Part shown: in pieces, positions 48,730 through 57,660 of the stretch
Layout: the number at the start of each line of letters is the position of its first letter
How positions within the stretch are numbered: the first letter of the stretch is position 1
Source: Chloroflexota bacterium
GTDB taxonomy: Bacteria; Chloroflexota; UBA5177
Assembly (NCBI GenBank): GCA_051002135.1
Contig: JBPCMQ010000016.1
Span: 51,430-115,429, forward strand
Direction: 5' to 3'
DNA length: 64,000 nt
Position numbers and translations under genes: made by a program
Notes under the pieces: generated by a model
The model's input: the letters and a program-made list of their open reading frames with translations, nothing else
Told to the model about the DNA's origin: nothing
The model's database searches: none

Positions 48730-49208
48730 GCGCGGCGCGAGTTTGGCAATATCGTGTCTCGCGTTTTCTGGGGCGGCTGATAACTCGCACCGCGGCGGTC
48801 CTGACCCTGGGTCGGATGCCGCCTTTCGTGTCGACATCGGCGATCGTCGTCGACGATGGCCGGCTTCTGGCGGTCGTCGACCCGATTCGGAAGGAGGCGG
48901 TGCTTCCGGGCGGACATCTCACCTGGCGAGAGTCGCCCCAGCACGCTGTAGTCCGAGAAGTCCGGGAGGAGACGGGGTGCGAGATTGATGTGGACTCTCT
49001 TTTTGGCGTCTTCAGCGGTCAGGAGTGGACCGGTGAACGGGGAGTGGTGCGCGTGGTCTACACTGCCCACGTAACCGGAGGATATCTCGCATCTAGTGCC
49101 GAGGGGCATGCAATTTGGACATCGCCGCAGGGCCTCGCCCATTCGAGCACACGCGATGCGCCGCTCATTCGGACCTGGATCAGTGTTCAAGAGCAGGAGC
49201 GGACGTGA
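48726..49208 (+). CDS. NUDIX hydrolase
   Basis: Nudix box GGHLTWRESPQHAVVREVREETG. GTGA overlap with the upstream stop. Confidence 0.88.
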   Translation: MSAARVWQYRVSRFLGRLITRTAAVLTLGRMPPFVSTSAIVVDDGRLLAVVDPIRKEAVLPGGHLTWRESPQHAVVREVREETGCEIDVDSLFGVFSGQEWTGERGVVRVVYTAHVTGGYLASSAEGHAIWTSPQGLAHSSTRDAPLIRTWISVQEQERT

Positions 49209-49242
49209 CGAACAACCTGTGGCCGGGGTGTACCGCCCATGT

Positions 49243-49680
49243 CTAATGCGTCGATACCGATTCCGCGCTCTCTCCTTGGTCGAACTCTGAGCGGCGCTGG
49301 TCGGCAATTTCCGTCGCCTGACGCCGATCCTGCGAGACGTGCCGGCGCACCAATGCTAAGAGATCGTCGTGCCACGGCTCCGGCACAGCCTCGAGCATGT
49401 CTAGAGTCTGGGCTCGCCGGCCCGCAAAGACAGCAAACGGATCTTCATCCTCGCCGCGGTGCTGGTTGGGGCACTGCCGGCCGAGGATGCGCACGTATTG
49501 CGCCTGGTACTTTCCCTCGTCCTCGATCATGCGAGCCAGCACGCGTCCGGCCTCGTCCTCGTTTGGCGAAGCAGATGGAAGCTCCGCTCGCACGTTATCA
49601 ATCTGCACCCGCAGCTGTCCTGCCGTATACCGCAGCTCGATCAACAGGAACGTGGACTCGGATATGTACTGGCCATTCAT
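49243..49680 (-). CDS. Hypothetical protein (145 aa)
   Basis: Clean ORF, acidic helical composition; no motif recognised. Confidence 0.5.
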   Translation of the reverse strand: MNGQYISESTFLLIELRYTAGQLRVQIDNVRAELPSASPNEDEAGRVLARMIEDEGKYQAQYVRILGRQCPNQHRGEDEDPFAVFAGRRAQTLDMLEAVPEPWHDDLLALVRRHVSQDRRQATEIADQRRSEFDQGESAESVSTH

Positions 49681-49702
49681 CCGTTCATTCTAGGGGCGTG
49701 TC

Positions 49703-50464
49703 GTGATTGTGATGACGTACAACATCTGGAACTACGCGTCTTCGTGGAAACGACGAATGCCGCTGATATGCGGTGTGATACGGGATGTCCATCCGGACGT
49801 CGTAGCCCTGCAGGAGACCCGTCACGATTTTCGTCACGAGCGGGGGCGGGGCCAGGGTGAGCAGCTGGCGGCGGCGACGGGATACCACGCCACGTCCGAG
49901 ACGGCGCAGGTCTATGTGCCGGTGGCTCGCGTGGACGAGGGGCTGACCATATTGACGCACGAGCCCGCGGCCCGCGTGCGCATTTCGCATCTGACACTCT
50001 TGGGTGCTGAGCGGGCGGACGAAAACCACCGCATTTGTCTGGGGGTCACTATAGACTCCGGCAGCAAGCGCCTCCATGTCTTCAACACTCATTTCTCCCT
50101 GAGTGCGGCGGCGAGGGAGTCCAACGCACGCGAGGTGGCCGACTTTGTTGCCAGGGAAGCCGGCGATGAGCCGGCCGTGCTGGCCGGAGATTTGAACGCT
50201 GAACCTGGCGAGGCTTCGATCCGTTACCTCACCGGCGCAGAGACGCGGGACGGCGTGACCGGAGACTTCATTGACTGCTGGCAGGCGGTTCACGGAGTCG
50301 AGCCGGGCTACACTTATGCGAGCTGGGACTCCGTGCGCCGCATCGACTACGTGTTGGGCCGGAATCTGTCCGCGGTTCCGCGGCGGGCTTGGGTGGTGGG
50401 CAATGTACCCACGGACGACGCGTACCCCTCCGACCATCTGGGGCTCGTCGTGGACCTGGAATGA
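49703..50464 (+). CDS. Endonuclease/exonuclease/phosphatase (EEP) family protein
   Basis: MTYNIWN, DVVALQE, GDLN and a C-terminal SDH motif. Confidence 0.88.
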   Translation: MIVMTYNIWNYASSWKRRMPLICGVIRDVHPDVVALQETRHDFRHERGRGQGEQLAAATGYHATSETAQVYVPVARVDEGLTILTHEPAARVRISHLTLLGAERADENHRICLGVTIDSGSKRLHVFNTHFSLSAAARESNAREVADFVAREAGDEPAVLAGDLNAEPGEASIRYLTGAETRDGVTGDFIDCWQAVHGVEPGYTYASWDSVRRIDYVLGRNLSAVPRRAWVVGNVPTDDAYPSDHLGLVVDLE

Positions 50465-50600
50465 GTGGGGACCCCACCGGAGGGCACGTGGCAAGGTGGG
50501 ATCGGGTGGCAGTCCGCGTCTCTTATGCTTAGGTGGAACTGACGTTGACGTCGTGGCCCAGACTCACCATACGGGCGGTAGGACGCCGGAAAGGCAGGGT

Positions 50601-52406
50601 ATGAGTACTATCGTTGAGCTCCCGCGATGGGACATGGCGGTCGTGTATCCCGACCTCGGATCTGCCGAATTTGCCGCCGACTTTGGGAGATTGGCGGGCG
50701 GCATTTCGGACCTGTCGGCAATGTTCGATCGCTACTCGATAGAGCGAAGCGAGAGCATCGACGTTGTCTCTTCGGTGGTGCAGGCCTTCGAGTCCGTTGT
50801 GACCGCACTCAATGACATCGAAGACAGGTTCAATGTCCTGGACGCGTACATTCACGCTTTCATAGCCACGGACTCTCGGGACGATCGCGCGCAGGCACGT
50901 CAGAGCGAGCTGGAGCAGCAGGACGTCATCCTGTCGCAGCTGAGCGCTCGCTTCACCGCCTGGATCGGGTCATTCGACGTGGAACAGCTGCAGAGTCGGT
51001 CGGAGACTGCCCGCGACTATTCCTTCCTGCTGCAACAAGCCGGCGAACGCTCACGTCACTTGATGTCTCCTGCTGAGGAGGCGCTGGCGGCTGAGTTGGA
51101 GGTGACCGGTGGCGATGCCTGGGCGAGGCTCTACGGAAACGTAGCGTCGCAGCTGCTGGTCGATGTCGAGGTGGACGGGGAACGGCCGGTGCCCATGAGT
51201 ATCGTTCGAAACATGGCGCTCAGCGCCGATCGCGACACCCGGAGACGTGGATTTGAGGCAGAGCTTTGCGCATGGCAGGGAGCCGGGGTAACGTTGGCGG
51301 CGGCTCTCAACAGCATCAAAGGGGAGACCAACACGTTGTGCGACCGGCGTGGATGGCCGGCTCCGCTGGATGCCGCTCTCTTCGGGAACAATATCGATCG
51401 CCCGACGTTGGACGCTATGCTGAACGCGGCCCGAGCGTCCTTTCCGGACTTCCGACGGTATCTCCACGCCAAAGCCCGAGTGCTCGGCGTTGAGCGGCTC
51501 GCGTTCTATGACCTCTTCGCTCCCGTCGTCGAGTCCGATAGTACGTGGGAGTTTGATGAGGCCCGCGGCTTCATAGTGGAGCAGTTCAAGACGTACTCCG
51601 CGCGCATGTCGGACTTTGCCGAAAGGGCGTTTCGCGAGCGCTGGATCGATGCCGGTCCACGCCCGGGCAAGAGTGGCGGCGCCTTCTGCATGTCGCTGCG
51701 AAAAGATGAGTCGCGCATACTTGCGAATTACATTCCCTCGTATGATTGCATGAGCACGCTCGCCCACGAGCTTGGTCACGGCTACCACAATCTGGCGATT
51801 GCCCATCGGCCGGCCCTGCAGCGGGGGCACCCCATGACGTTGGCCGAGACCGCGAGCATCTTCTGCCAGACAATCGTCGAACAGGCGGCTCTACGCAACG
51901 CATCCACTCGCGAACAGCTTGCCATCGTGGAGTCGGCCCTCCAGGACCAGTGTCAGGTCGTCGTTGATATCACAAGTCGGTTCCTCTTCGAAGAAGCCGT
52001 CCTGGAGCGCAGGCGGAAGCGTGAGCTGTCCGTCGAGGAGCTCAATCAGATCATGCTCGACGCTCAGCGCGAGACATACGGGGACGGATTGGATCCAAAC
52101 GCGCTGCATCCCTACATGTGGGCGGCCAAGAGTCACTACTACTCCTCCAGCTTCTACAACTATCCGTACATGTTTGGCTTGCTGTTCGGCCTGGGGCTAT
52201 ACGGACAGTACAAGCACGACCCGCAAGCCTTCGTCGCTAAGTACGACGAGCTGCTGTCGTCCACGGGGGTCGCCGACGTTGCCACCCTCGCCTTCCGCTT
52301 TGGGATCGACGTGCGCGACGAAGGATTTTGGATCTCGAGTCTGGACACGATCCGTGAGGGTGTGGAGAGATTTGAGGCACTGATCGATGAGGGCTCGGAG
52401 CGGTGA
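50601..52406 (+). CDS. M3-family oligoendopeptidase (PepF-like)
   Basis: HELGHGYH zinc motif, about 600 aa. ATG at 50601 follows AGGCAGGG. The ORF track start at 50271 overlaps the EEP gene. Confidence 0.9.
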   Translation: MSTIVELPRWDMAVVYPDLGSAEFAADFGRLAGGISDLSAMFDRYSIERSESIDVVSSVVQAFESVVTALNDIEDRFNVLDAYIHAFIATDSRDDRAQARQSELEQQDVILSQLSARFTAWIGSFDVEQLQSRSETARDYSFLLQQAGERSRHLMSPAEEALAAELEVTGGDAWARLYGNVASQLLVDVEVDGERPVPMSIVRNMALSADRDTRRRGFEAELCAWQGAGVTLAAALNSIKGETNTLCDRRGWPAPLDAALFGNNIDRPTLDAMLNAARASFPDFRRYLHAKARVLGVERLAFYDLFAPVVESDSTWEFDEARGFIVEQFKTYSARMSDFAERAFRERWIDAGPRPGKSGGAFCMSLRKDESRILANYIPSYDCMSTLAHELGHGYHNLAIAHRPALQRGHPMTLAETASIFCQTIVEQAALRNASTREQLAIVESALQDQCQVVVDITSRFLFEEAVLERRRKRELSVEELNQIMLDAQRETYGDGLDPNALHPYMWAAKSHYYSSSFYNYPYMFGLLFGLGLYGQYKHDPQAFVAKYDELLSSTGVADVATLAFRFGIDVRDEGFWISSLDTIREGVERFEALIDEGSER

Positions 52407-52439
52407 TAGGTACCGCATTTTCCCTATCGGGAGGGCGCG

Positions 52440-52775
52440 ATGGCGCGGAGCGAGTATGACGTGGACCGCGTAGAGCGCCTCGAAACCGTGACCATTGACG
52501 ACGATCAGTGGGTCCAGCTGGAATTTGGCCGTCGCTGGCCGAAGTACGTTGTGGCCTGGTCCGTCCGTCGACGCTCGGACGACAGTGATTATCCTGTGGC
52601 CTCCGGTGTGGCCGAGGCCATGCCGCGCCGTGTGGGAGACACGGAGGAGACGGACCCGTGGGATTCCGCTCGCGAACAGGCGGTGAAGGCGGCCATGGCA
52701 ACTCTGAGTAGCGCGCCGCAGACGACAGAAGAAAAGCCCTCGCTTCTCGCCCGGCTGTTTCGGTGTCGTTTGTAG
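52440..52775 (+). CDS. Hypothetical protein (111 aa)
   Basis: Clean ORF directly after the peptidase gene; no motif recognised. Confidence 0.5.
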   Translation: MARSEYDVDRVERLETVTIDDDQWVQLEFGRRWPKYVVAWSVRRRSDDSDYPVASGVAEAMPRRVGDTEETDPWDSAREQAVKAAMATLSSAPQTTEEKPSLLARLFRCRL

Positions 52776-52902
52776 GGGTCGCTCGCGAGCGACCCACATC
52801 AGCGAGCTACCGCTCTCCTCGCGCTCGACCGTCCGCCCTCGGCCAGTCCGGGAATAGACACTCTTCGGCGGGAGATGTCAGTCGGACACGTGGGCTGCTC
52901 AC
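52776..52902 (+). repeat. 127-nt repeat, copy 1 (starts with the perfect palindrome GGGTCGCTCGCGAGCGACCC)
   Basis: Matches the reverse complement of 55334-55461 at 106 of 127 hand-aligned positions. Begins at the base after the stop codon of 52440..52775. Confidence 0.85.
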
Positions 52903-52970
52903 GAACGTGCCCTACGATCCGCTCGCGTTTCTCGTTCCCGTCAGGCGGCGTACTCATGACCACCAAGCAT

Positions 52971-53023
52971 TCATCGAATTGCTGGAGGGCTTCGGCTGGT
53001 AGTGCGAGACTGTCAACAACGCG
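52971..53023 (+). pseudogene. Decayed copy of a vapB-3'/vapC-5' junction
   Basis: TCATCGAATTGCTGGAGGGCTTCGGCTGGTAGTGCGAGACTGTCAACAACGCG aligns with the intact junction GTCGACGAATTGCTGGAGGGACTCGGCCGGCAGTGATCGTAGTCGACACGAGCG at 53305-53357. Confidence 0.6.
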
Positions 53024-53118
53024 CCTCACGTGAGATAGGAAAGACACTGTTGCTCACCGGGATGTCTCGGAGCCGGATGCCGAGTTCAAGGTCGGAACAT
53101 ATGGTAATATGTAGGGTA

Positions 53119-53340
53119 ATGCAGAAGACGACGGTGTACCTGAGTGACGAGCTCAAACGCCTGCTGGAACGCGCGGCAGTAGAGACTCAGCGAAGCGAGG
53201 CAGAAGTCATACGTGAGGGCATTAGGATGGCTGCAGAGTCGTCTTTGCCGCCGGCCCCCCATTCTGGAATCTTCGACAGCGGCGACCCGTGCATGTCGGA
53301 GCGAGTCGACGAATTGCTGGAGGGACTCGGCCGGCAGTGA
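53119..53340 (+). CDS. vapB: VapB-type antitoxin (ribbon-helix-helix/CopG)
   Basis: MQKTTVYLSDELKRLLERAA is a typical RHH N-terminus. GTGA overlap with the PIN gene. The longer ORF from 53002 starts in the decayed copy. Confidence 0.8.
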   Translation: MQKTTVYLSDELKRLLERAAVETQRSEAEVIREGIRMAAESSLPPAPHSGIFDSGDPCMSERVDELLEGLGRQ

Positions 53341-53759
53341 TCGTAGTCGACACGAGCGGACTGCTCGCGAACTACGATCGTCGAGATCGCCACAACGAGG
53401 ATGTGAAACGCATCCTTGCGGTTCCCCAAGCCCGCGTTCTCTCGCCGTTTGTGTTGGCAGAGCTTGGCTATCTCGTCATGCGGAGCGGTGGCCGGCGCGC
53501 AGAACTGACTGTGCTTCAGGACGTGATGCGCGGAGTGTATAGACTTGAATACTTCAGCCCTGCGGACGTCGGGGAGTGCGCCTCTATCATTGACCGATAC
53601 GCAGATCTGGATTTGGGCTTGGCTGACGCGTCCATCGTCTTACTCGCGCACCGTGTCGACTGCCTCGACATCTTGACGCTCGATGAGCGCCACTTTCGCG
53701 CCGTGCGGTCCATCAATGGAAAGCCCTTCAACATTCTGCCCATCGACACAGGAGTGTAG
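53337..53759 (+). CDS. vapC: VapC-type PIN-domain toxin
   Basis: VIVVDTSGLL N-terminal Asp, then LAELGY, DASIVLLA and TLDERHF, giving the PIN acidic residues in the expected order. Confidence 0.85.
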   Translation: MIVVDTSGLLANYDRRDRHNEDVKRILAVPQARVLSPFVLAELGYLVMRSGGRRAELTVLQDVMRGVYRLEYFSPADVGECASIIDRYADLDLGLADASIVLLAHRVDCLDILTLDERHFRAVRSINGKPFNILPIDTGV

Positions 53760-53845
53760 GTGGGCGTGCCATCAACGGGTGTGCGGTAGAGCAGGAGCAG
53801 CCCGCTTCCTCAGTCCTAGTTTCTGTGCTGTCTCTGTTCCTTTAC

Positions 53846-54589
53846 TCATCGCTCGTCCACCGCTAGCATCTTGGGGAAGCGATGACGCACCCACATGTAC
53901 ACATGGCTGCTGATCGCGAGCCAGAACAGGCCCCATATCAGGCCTCCAAGAACGTCACTGGGCCAGTGCTCCCCTTCCAGGATGCGCGACGGCCCCATGG
54001 CTACGATAAAAACGATCAGCACGACTCTGACCAGCCACACGAGAATGCTGGGAAGAGGGCGCCGAATTTGCCACGACAGAAACAACAGCAGCCCAAACAC
54101 GGCGGCCCCGTGCACGACGTGTCCCGAGGGAAAGCTGTAGGTTCCCTTGATCACGCTCAAAATGCGAATGTCGTGTCCTGAGGGGCGCGGCCGCCGAACG
54201 TATTGGCTCAGGAAATAGGTGGTTTCGTCCGCAATCAACGCACATCCCAGTACGACAAGCGCATCCAGCCATCGGCGCAAGATCAGAAATAGGACAATGA
54301 CCACGCCCAATGTGATTGCGGAGGGGACCGGCCAGGCACCGGTGCTCACCGCCTCCATTGCGTTTGCAACCGGCGGATGCGGGAGGATCGCTTCTTGAAT
54401 CGCCGTCTCGATGCCGGCGTCTCCGGAAAGCGGACCCGGCCTCGTCTTGAACAGCGTCGCCATCCCCAGGACGACGGCCAGCGACACGACTTCAAGAAGC
54501 AGAAACAGCACATGTCGCGGAGGCTGCGGTGACGCCTGCCGCGACAGGGCCGGCGACGCGGTTCCCGCTTGATCCCGCACGAGAGTCAA
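53846..54589 (-). CDS. PAP2-family (acid phosphatase / lipid phosphate phosphatase) membrane protein
   Basis: Multi-TM protein with RPRP...SFPSGHVVHG motifs of the PAP2 superfamily. Confidence 0.85.
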   Translation of the reverse strand: MTLVRDQAGTASPALSRQASPQPPRHVLFLLLEVVSLAVVLGMATLFKTRPGPLSGDAGIETAIQEAILPHPPVANAMEAVSTGAWPVPSAITLGVVIVLFLILRRWLDALVVLGCALIADETTYFLSQYVRRPRPSGHDIRILSVIKGTYSFPSGHVVHGAAVFGLLLFLSWQIRRPLPSILVWLVRVVLIVFIVAMGPSRILEGEHWPSDVLGGLIWGLFWLAISSHVYMWVRHRFPKMLAVDER

Positions 54590-55281
54590 TCGAAGCCAAG
54601 CTTTTTTTGCCGCATGGACACGTACGTCGTCCTGCCGATCACCAGATGATCCAGCACCTCGATGTCGAGCAGTTTTCCGGCCGATACGAGCTCGCGGGTC
54701 ACCTGTACATCCGCGGGGGAGGGGCTGGGGTCACCGCTGGGGTGGTTGTGCACCACGACAACGGCGGCGCAGTTTTCCTTCACTGCCTCCCGAAACACCT
54801 CAGACGTGCGAATAACCGACGTGTTGAGGCTCCCTATGTACACGGTGGGCATGCCGAGAACGGTATTCTTGGTGTTCAGCAGGACGACGCGGAGGTGTTC
54901 CTGTTCGAGCAGAGCAATCTCAATTTGTAGGATCCCAGCGACGTCCTGCGGCGATCGAATCTGCGTCCGCTGATGAACATCCGCGAGTATCAAGCGGTGA
55001 CCCAGCTCCAGAGCCGCCTTTATGGTCACCGCCTTCGCGGCGCCGATGCCTCTGACCTGCGCTAACGAAGACAGGGAAGCCCGAGAGAGACCGGCCAGAC
55101 CCTTGAACGTCAGCAGCAGCTCATTGGAAAGGCTGACCACATCCTGGCCTGTGACGCCGACCCGGAGCAGGATGGCCAGCAGCTCCTGATTGGACAGATG
55201 CTCGGCGCCGATCTGAATCAGCTTTTCCCGCGGCTGCTCGCTCGAGGGCCATTCCCTCACCGGCAAGTGGTATGACGCCAT
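54586..55281 (-). CDS. radC: RadC-family JAB/MPN domain protein
   Basis: REKL...LSNQELLAILLRVG helix-hairpin-helix N-terminus and a HNHPSGDPSPS JAMM motif. Confidence 0.9.
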   Translation of the reverse strand: MASYHLPVREWPSSEQPREKLIQIGAEHLSNQELLAILLRVGVTGQDVVSLSNELLLTFKGLAGLSRASLSSLAQVRGIGAAKAVTIKAALELGHRLILADVHQRTQIRSPQDVAGILQIEIALLEQEHLRVVLLNTKNTVLGMPTVYIGSLNTSVIRTSEVFREAVKENCAAVVVVHNHPSGDPSPSPADVQVTRELVSAGKLLDIEVLDHLVIGRTTYVSMRQKKLGFD

Positions 55282-55333
55282 CGGCCACCCCTCATTGTCG
55301 CTGCACCAGGCCGCGCCGACTATACCACATCAA

Positions 55334-55461
55334 GTGAGTGGCTCACGTTCCCGATTGACATGTCCCATCGGAGAGTGTCTATTCCGCGACTGGCCGAGGG
55401 CGAACGGCCGGGCGCGAGGACCGCGGTAGCTCGCCGACGTGGATCGCTCACGAGCGATCCC
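55334..55461 (-). repeat. 127-nt repeat, copy 2 (inverted relative to copy 1)
   Basis: See copy 1. The palindrome GGATCGCTCACGAGCGATCC (55441-55460) faces outward toward the stop of 55486..55941. The inner end carries a TGGTATAGT extended -10 (55327-55319) in front of radC. Confidence 0.85.
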
Positions 55462-55485
55462 TGCGAACGACGTTCGTGCTGCTGG

Positions 55486-55941
55486 TCAGGCCGACTCGCC
55501 CCCAATGGCGACCGGCACCTTCCGTTCTACCGTGCAGAAGGGGCACACGGTCCAGTCCAGCTCGATGAGGCGGTCGCAGTTCATGCACACATCTTTGAGC
55601 TTGGTCAGGCAATTCGGACAGATGCGGTACTCATGCTCGATGCGATGCCTGCAATTCGGGCAGATCGGGCGATCCTCAATCTCTTGAAGGAGCGCTTCCT
55701 CCTCAAGTGAGCGCTCATACGCCTGCATGAGCGTCTCGTGCGGTCGTAGGATGAGGTAGATGATCAGGCCGAAGACGTTGGCCACCAGCACAAGCAGGGT
55801 TGACAGACCCCAAATGACCTTGTCACGCGATCGTGAACGGATATCCATGAACGTCCACACCGCGATGCTGAACCAGACGGCCAGTCCAAAAGCCACAAAG
55901 ACGCTGATAACAATTGGACCGGCTTCTCTCACGAATCCCAT
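55486..55941 (-). CDS. Membrane protein with PLD-nuclease-N-like TM domain and C-terminal double zinc ribbon
   Basis: Two TM helices and a basic loop (MDIRSRSRDKVIWG...LIIYLILRP), then CPNC...CPNC...CMNC...CPFC. Confidence 0.7.
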   Translation of the reverse strand: MGFVREAGPIVISVFVAFGLAVWFSIAVWTFMDIRSRSRDKVIWGLSTLLVLVANVFGLIIYLILRPHETLMQAYERSLEEEALLQEIEDRPICPNCRHRIEHEYRICPNCLTKLKDVCMNCDRLIELDWTVCPFCTVERKVPVAIGGESA

Positions 55942-55955
55942 AGGTTCTCGCTATT

Positions 55956-56015
55956 CCTCTAACCCGCGGGGTTGGCGGGGTGTCCCCTCTAACCCACGGG
56001 GTTAGCGGGGTGTCC
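55956..56015. repeat. Tandem duplication of a 30-nt hairpin unit in a divergent intergenic region
   Basis: CCTCTAACCCGCGGGGTTGGCGGGGTGTCC then CCTCTAACCCACGGGGTTAGCGGGGTGTCC. Each unit contains an AACCC-N3-GGGTT hairpin. Confidence 0.85.
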
Positions 56016-56048
56016 CCGCCGATTGGGAGTGCCAGATAAGGATAGCGT

Positions 56049-56678
56049 ATGGTAGTTGATGCCTGGCAACTTGTCAAAAGTGAAAAGTCGCCTACGGCTC
56101 GGATCTTCGTGGCCGTCCCTCTTCCTGAAGCGCTGTGCCGTGAGCTATCCGCTCTGGAATCGCGCTTCGTGTTGGGACGGCCATTCTTACGGTGGGTACG
56201 CGCCGACCTCATGCATGTCACCGTGCGCTTCCTGGGCTCGACGGTGCTCGATCGGGTCCCGCTCGTGACTGAAGCGACGGAGCGAGCGGTCAAGCGCGCC
56301 CAGCCCCACACCCTTCATCTCGCCGACTTGGGAGGCTTTCCAAATGCGGAATCTCCACGGATTCTGTGGGTAGGTCTTCAGCGGGACGCGGGCTATCGTG
56401 ACCTGGCCGTCCTCTTCGAACGGCTCAACGTCGAGCTGACCCACCATGGCTTTCTTGAGGAGAAACACGCATTTACTCCTCACATAACGTTGGCCCGAGT
56501 GAGAGACGACGCCCGAGGAAACGACCGACGGGTCATCGGCGAGGAGCTCGCGACCGAGAGGGCCTTCCTGCCGGATCATTCCGACGTGCCCGTGCGTGAG
56601 CTCATAGTCATGCGCAGTGACCTGAGCCCGTCAGGTCCCACGTATACTCCAATAGCAAGCGCTACGCTGGGCTCCTGA
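56049..56678 (+). CDS. thpR: RNA 2',3'-cyclic phosphodiesterase (ThpR/LigT, 2H phosphoesterase)
   Basis: Two H-x-T-x motifs (HVTVRF and HITLAR) at the expected spacing. Confidence 0.85.
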   Translation: MVVDAWQLVKSEKSPTARIFVAVPLPEALCRELSALESRFVLGRPFLRWVRADLMHVTVRFLGSTVLDRVPLVTEATERAVKRAQPHTLHLADLGGFPNAESPRILWVGLQRDAGYRDLAVLFERLNVELTHHGFLEEKHAFTPHITLARVRDDARGNDRRVIGEELATERAFLPDHSDVPVRELIVMRSDLSPSGPTYTPIASATLGS

Positions 56679-56712
56679 CCCGGCTCGCGCATCACGGGTG
56701 CAAGGGAGAGGC

Positions 56713-57660
56713 ATGGCGCGATGGGCGGTGACGGGGGCAACGGGCCTGGTGGGAAGCGCCCTCGTGCGATCTCTGATCCAGGATGGACACGCCGTCAGGG
56801 CGCTGGTTCATGAAACAACGTCCAATTCGTTGACATCGATTACGGAGACAGTGACGGGCGATGTCCGCGACACTTCGACCATAGCTCGGCTGGTCGATGG
56901 ATGCGATGTCGTCATCCATCTCGCGGTCAGCTGGGATGAGAGTGACGAGATAGCGGGCATCATCGTGGAAGGAACTCGAACGGTCGTGGACGCGTCTCGT
57001 CGGTCCGGTGTTGGCCGCGTTCTCTTTGTGAGCTGCTTGGGCGCCGAGGCGGCTGCAACTTCCCCCTATTACAGAGCGAAGTGGGAGGCGGAGATGCTGG
57101 TTCGGCGCCTTGAAGATGGTGGCTCGTACACGATTCTGCGGCCGTCCCTGATCGTGGGCCGTGGAGACCCGGTGACCGGAGGGATGTCCGCCATGCTGCG
57201 AACTTTGCCAGTCATACCGGTGCCGGGTAGGGGCCTTCACCGGGTGCAGCCGGTGGACGTGGAGGACTTTTGCCGTTGTCTTATGGTCGCCGCCGAGAGC
57301 GGCGATCTGGTCAATGAGTCGGTATCCGTGGGAGGGCCGACCTTCGTGACGTACCGGCAGCTACTCGATCTCATTGGCGGCCGGCTGGGGTTGGTCAAAC
57401 CCAAGCTTCTGCTGCCGGTGAGCTGGACGTGTCGTCTCGGGACGATCCTGCCCGAACCCGTGGGCTCCCTTCTTTCGCCATATCGCCTGGCGGCGTTCGC
57501 GCACGGAGTTGTCGTCTCGCCTGGAATAATCCGGAGAACGTTCGGCTTCGAGCCGAAATCTCTCGTTGATGAGCTGCCGTCCTATCTTGCATCCACGCAA
57601 CCTGGAATGTCTCTTCTTGCTGCCTTCGGGCACGTACTGTACAAGTTCGAGCGTAGGTGA
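56713..57660 (+). CDS. NAD(P)-binding NmrA/epimerase-like (atypical SDR) protein
   Basis: VTGATGLVGSALV Rossmann motif. ATG at 56713 follows AGGGAGAGG. Confidence 0.85.
   Translation: MARWAVTGATGLVGSALVRSLIQDGHAVRALVHETTSNSLTSITETVTGDVRDTSTIARLVDGCDVVIHLAVSWDESDEIAGIIVEGTRTVVDASRRSGVGRVLFVSCLGAEAAATSPYYRAKWEAEMLVRRLEDGGSYTILRPSLIVGRGDPVTGGMSAMLRTLPVIPVPGRGLHRVQPVDVEDFCRCLMVAAESGDLVNESVSVGGPTFVTYRQLLDLIGGRLGLVKPKLLLPVSWTCRLGTILPEPVGSLLSPYRLAAFAHGVVVSPGIIRRTFGFEPKSLVDELPSYLASTQPGMSLLAAFGHVLYKFERR

Noticed and set aside
53002-53340. 112-aa ORF reported by the track for the antitoxin.
   Set aside because: Its first 39 codons derive from the decayed vapC-like start of a dead vapBC copy. The RHH fold begins at MQKTTVYL (ATG 53119).
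55956-56015. CRISPR array.
   Set aside because: There are only two directly adjacent repeat units with no spacers, and no cas genes appear anywhere in the window.
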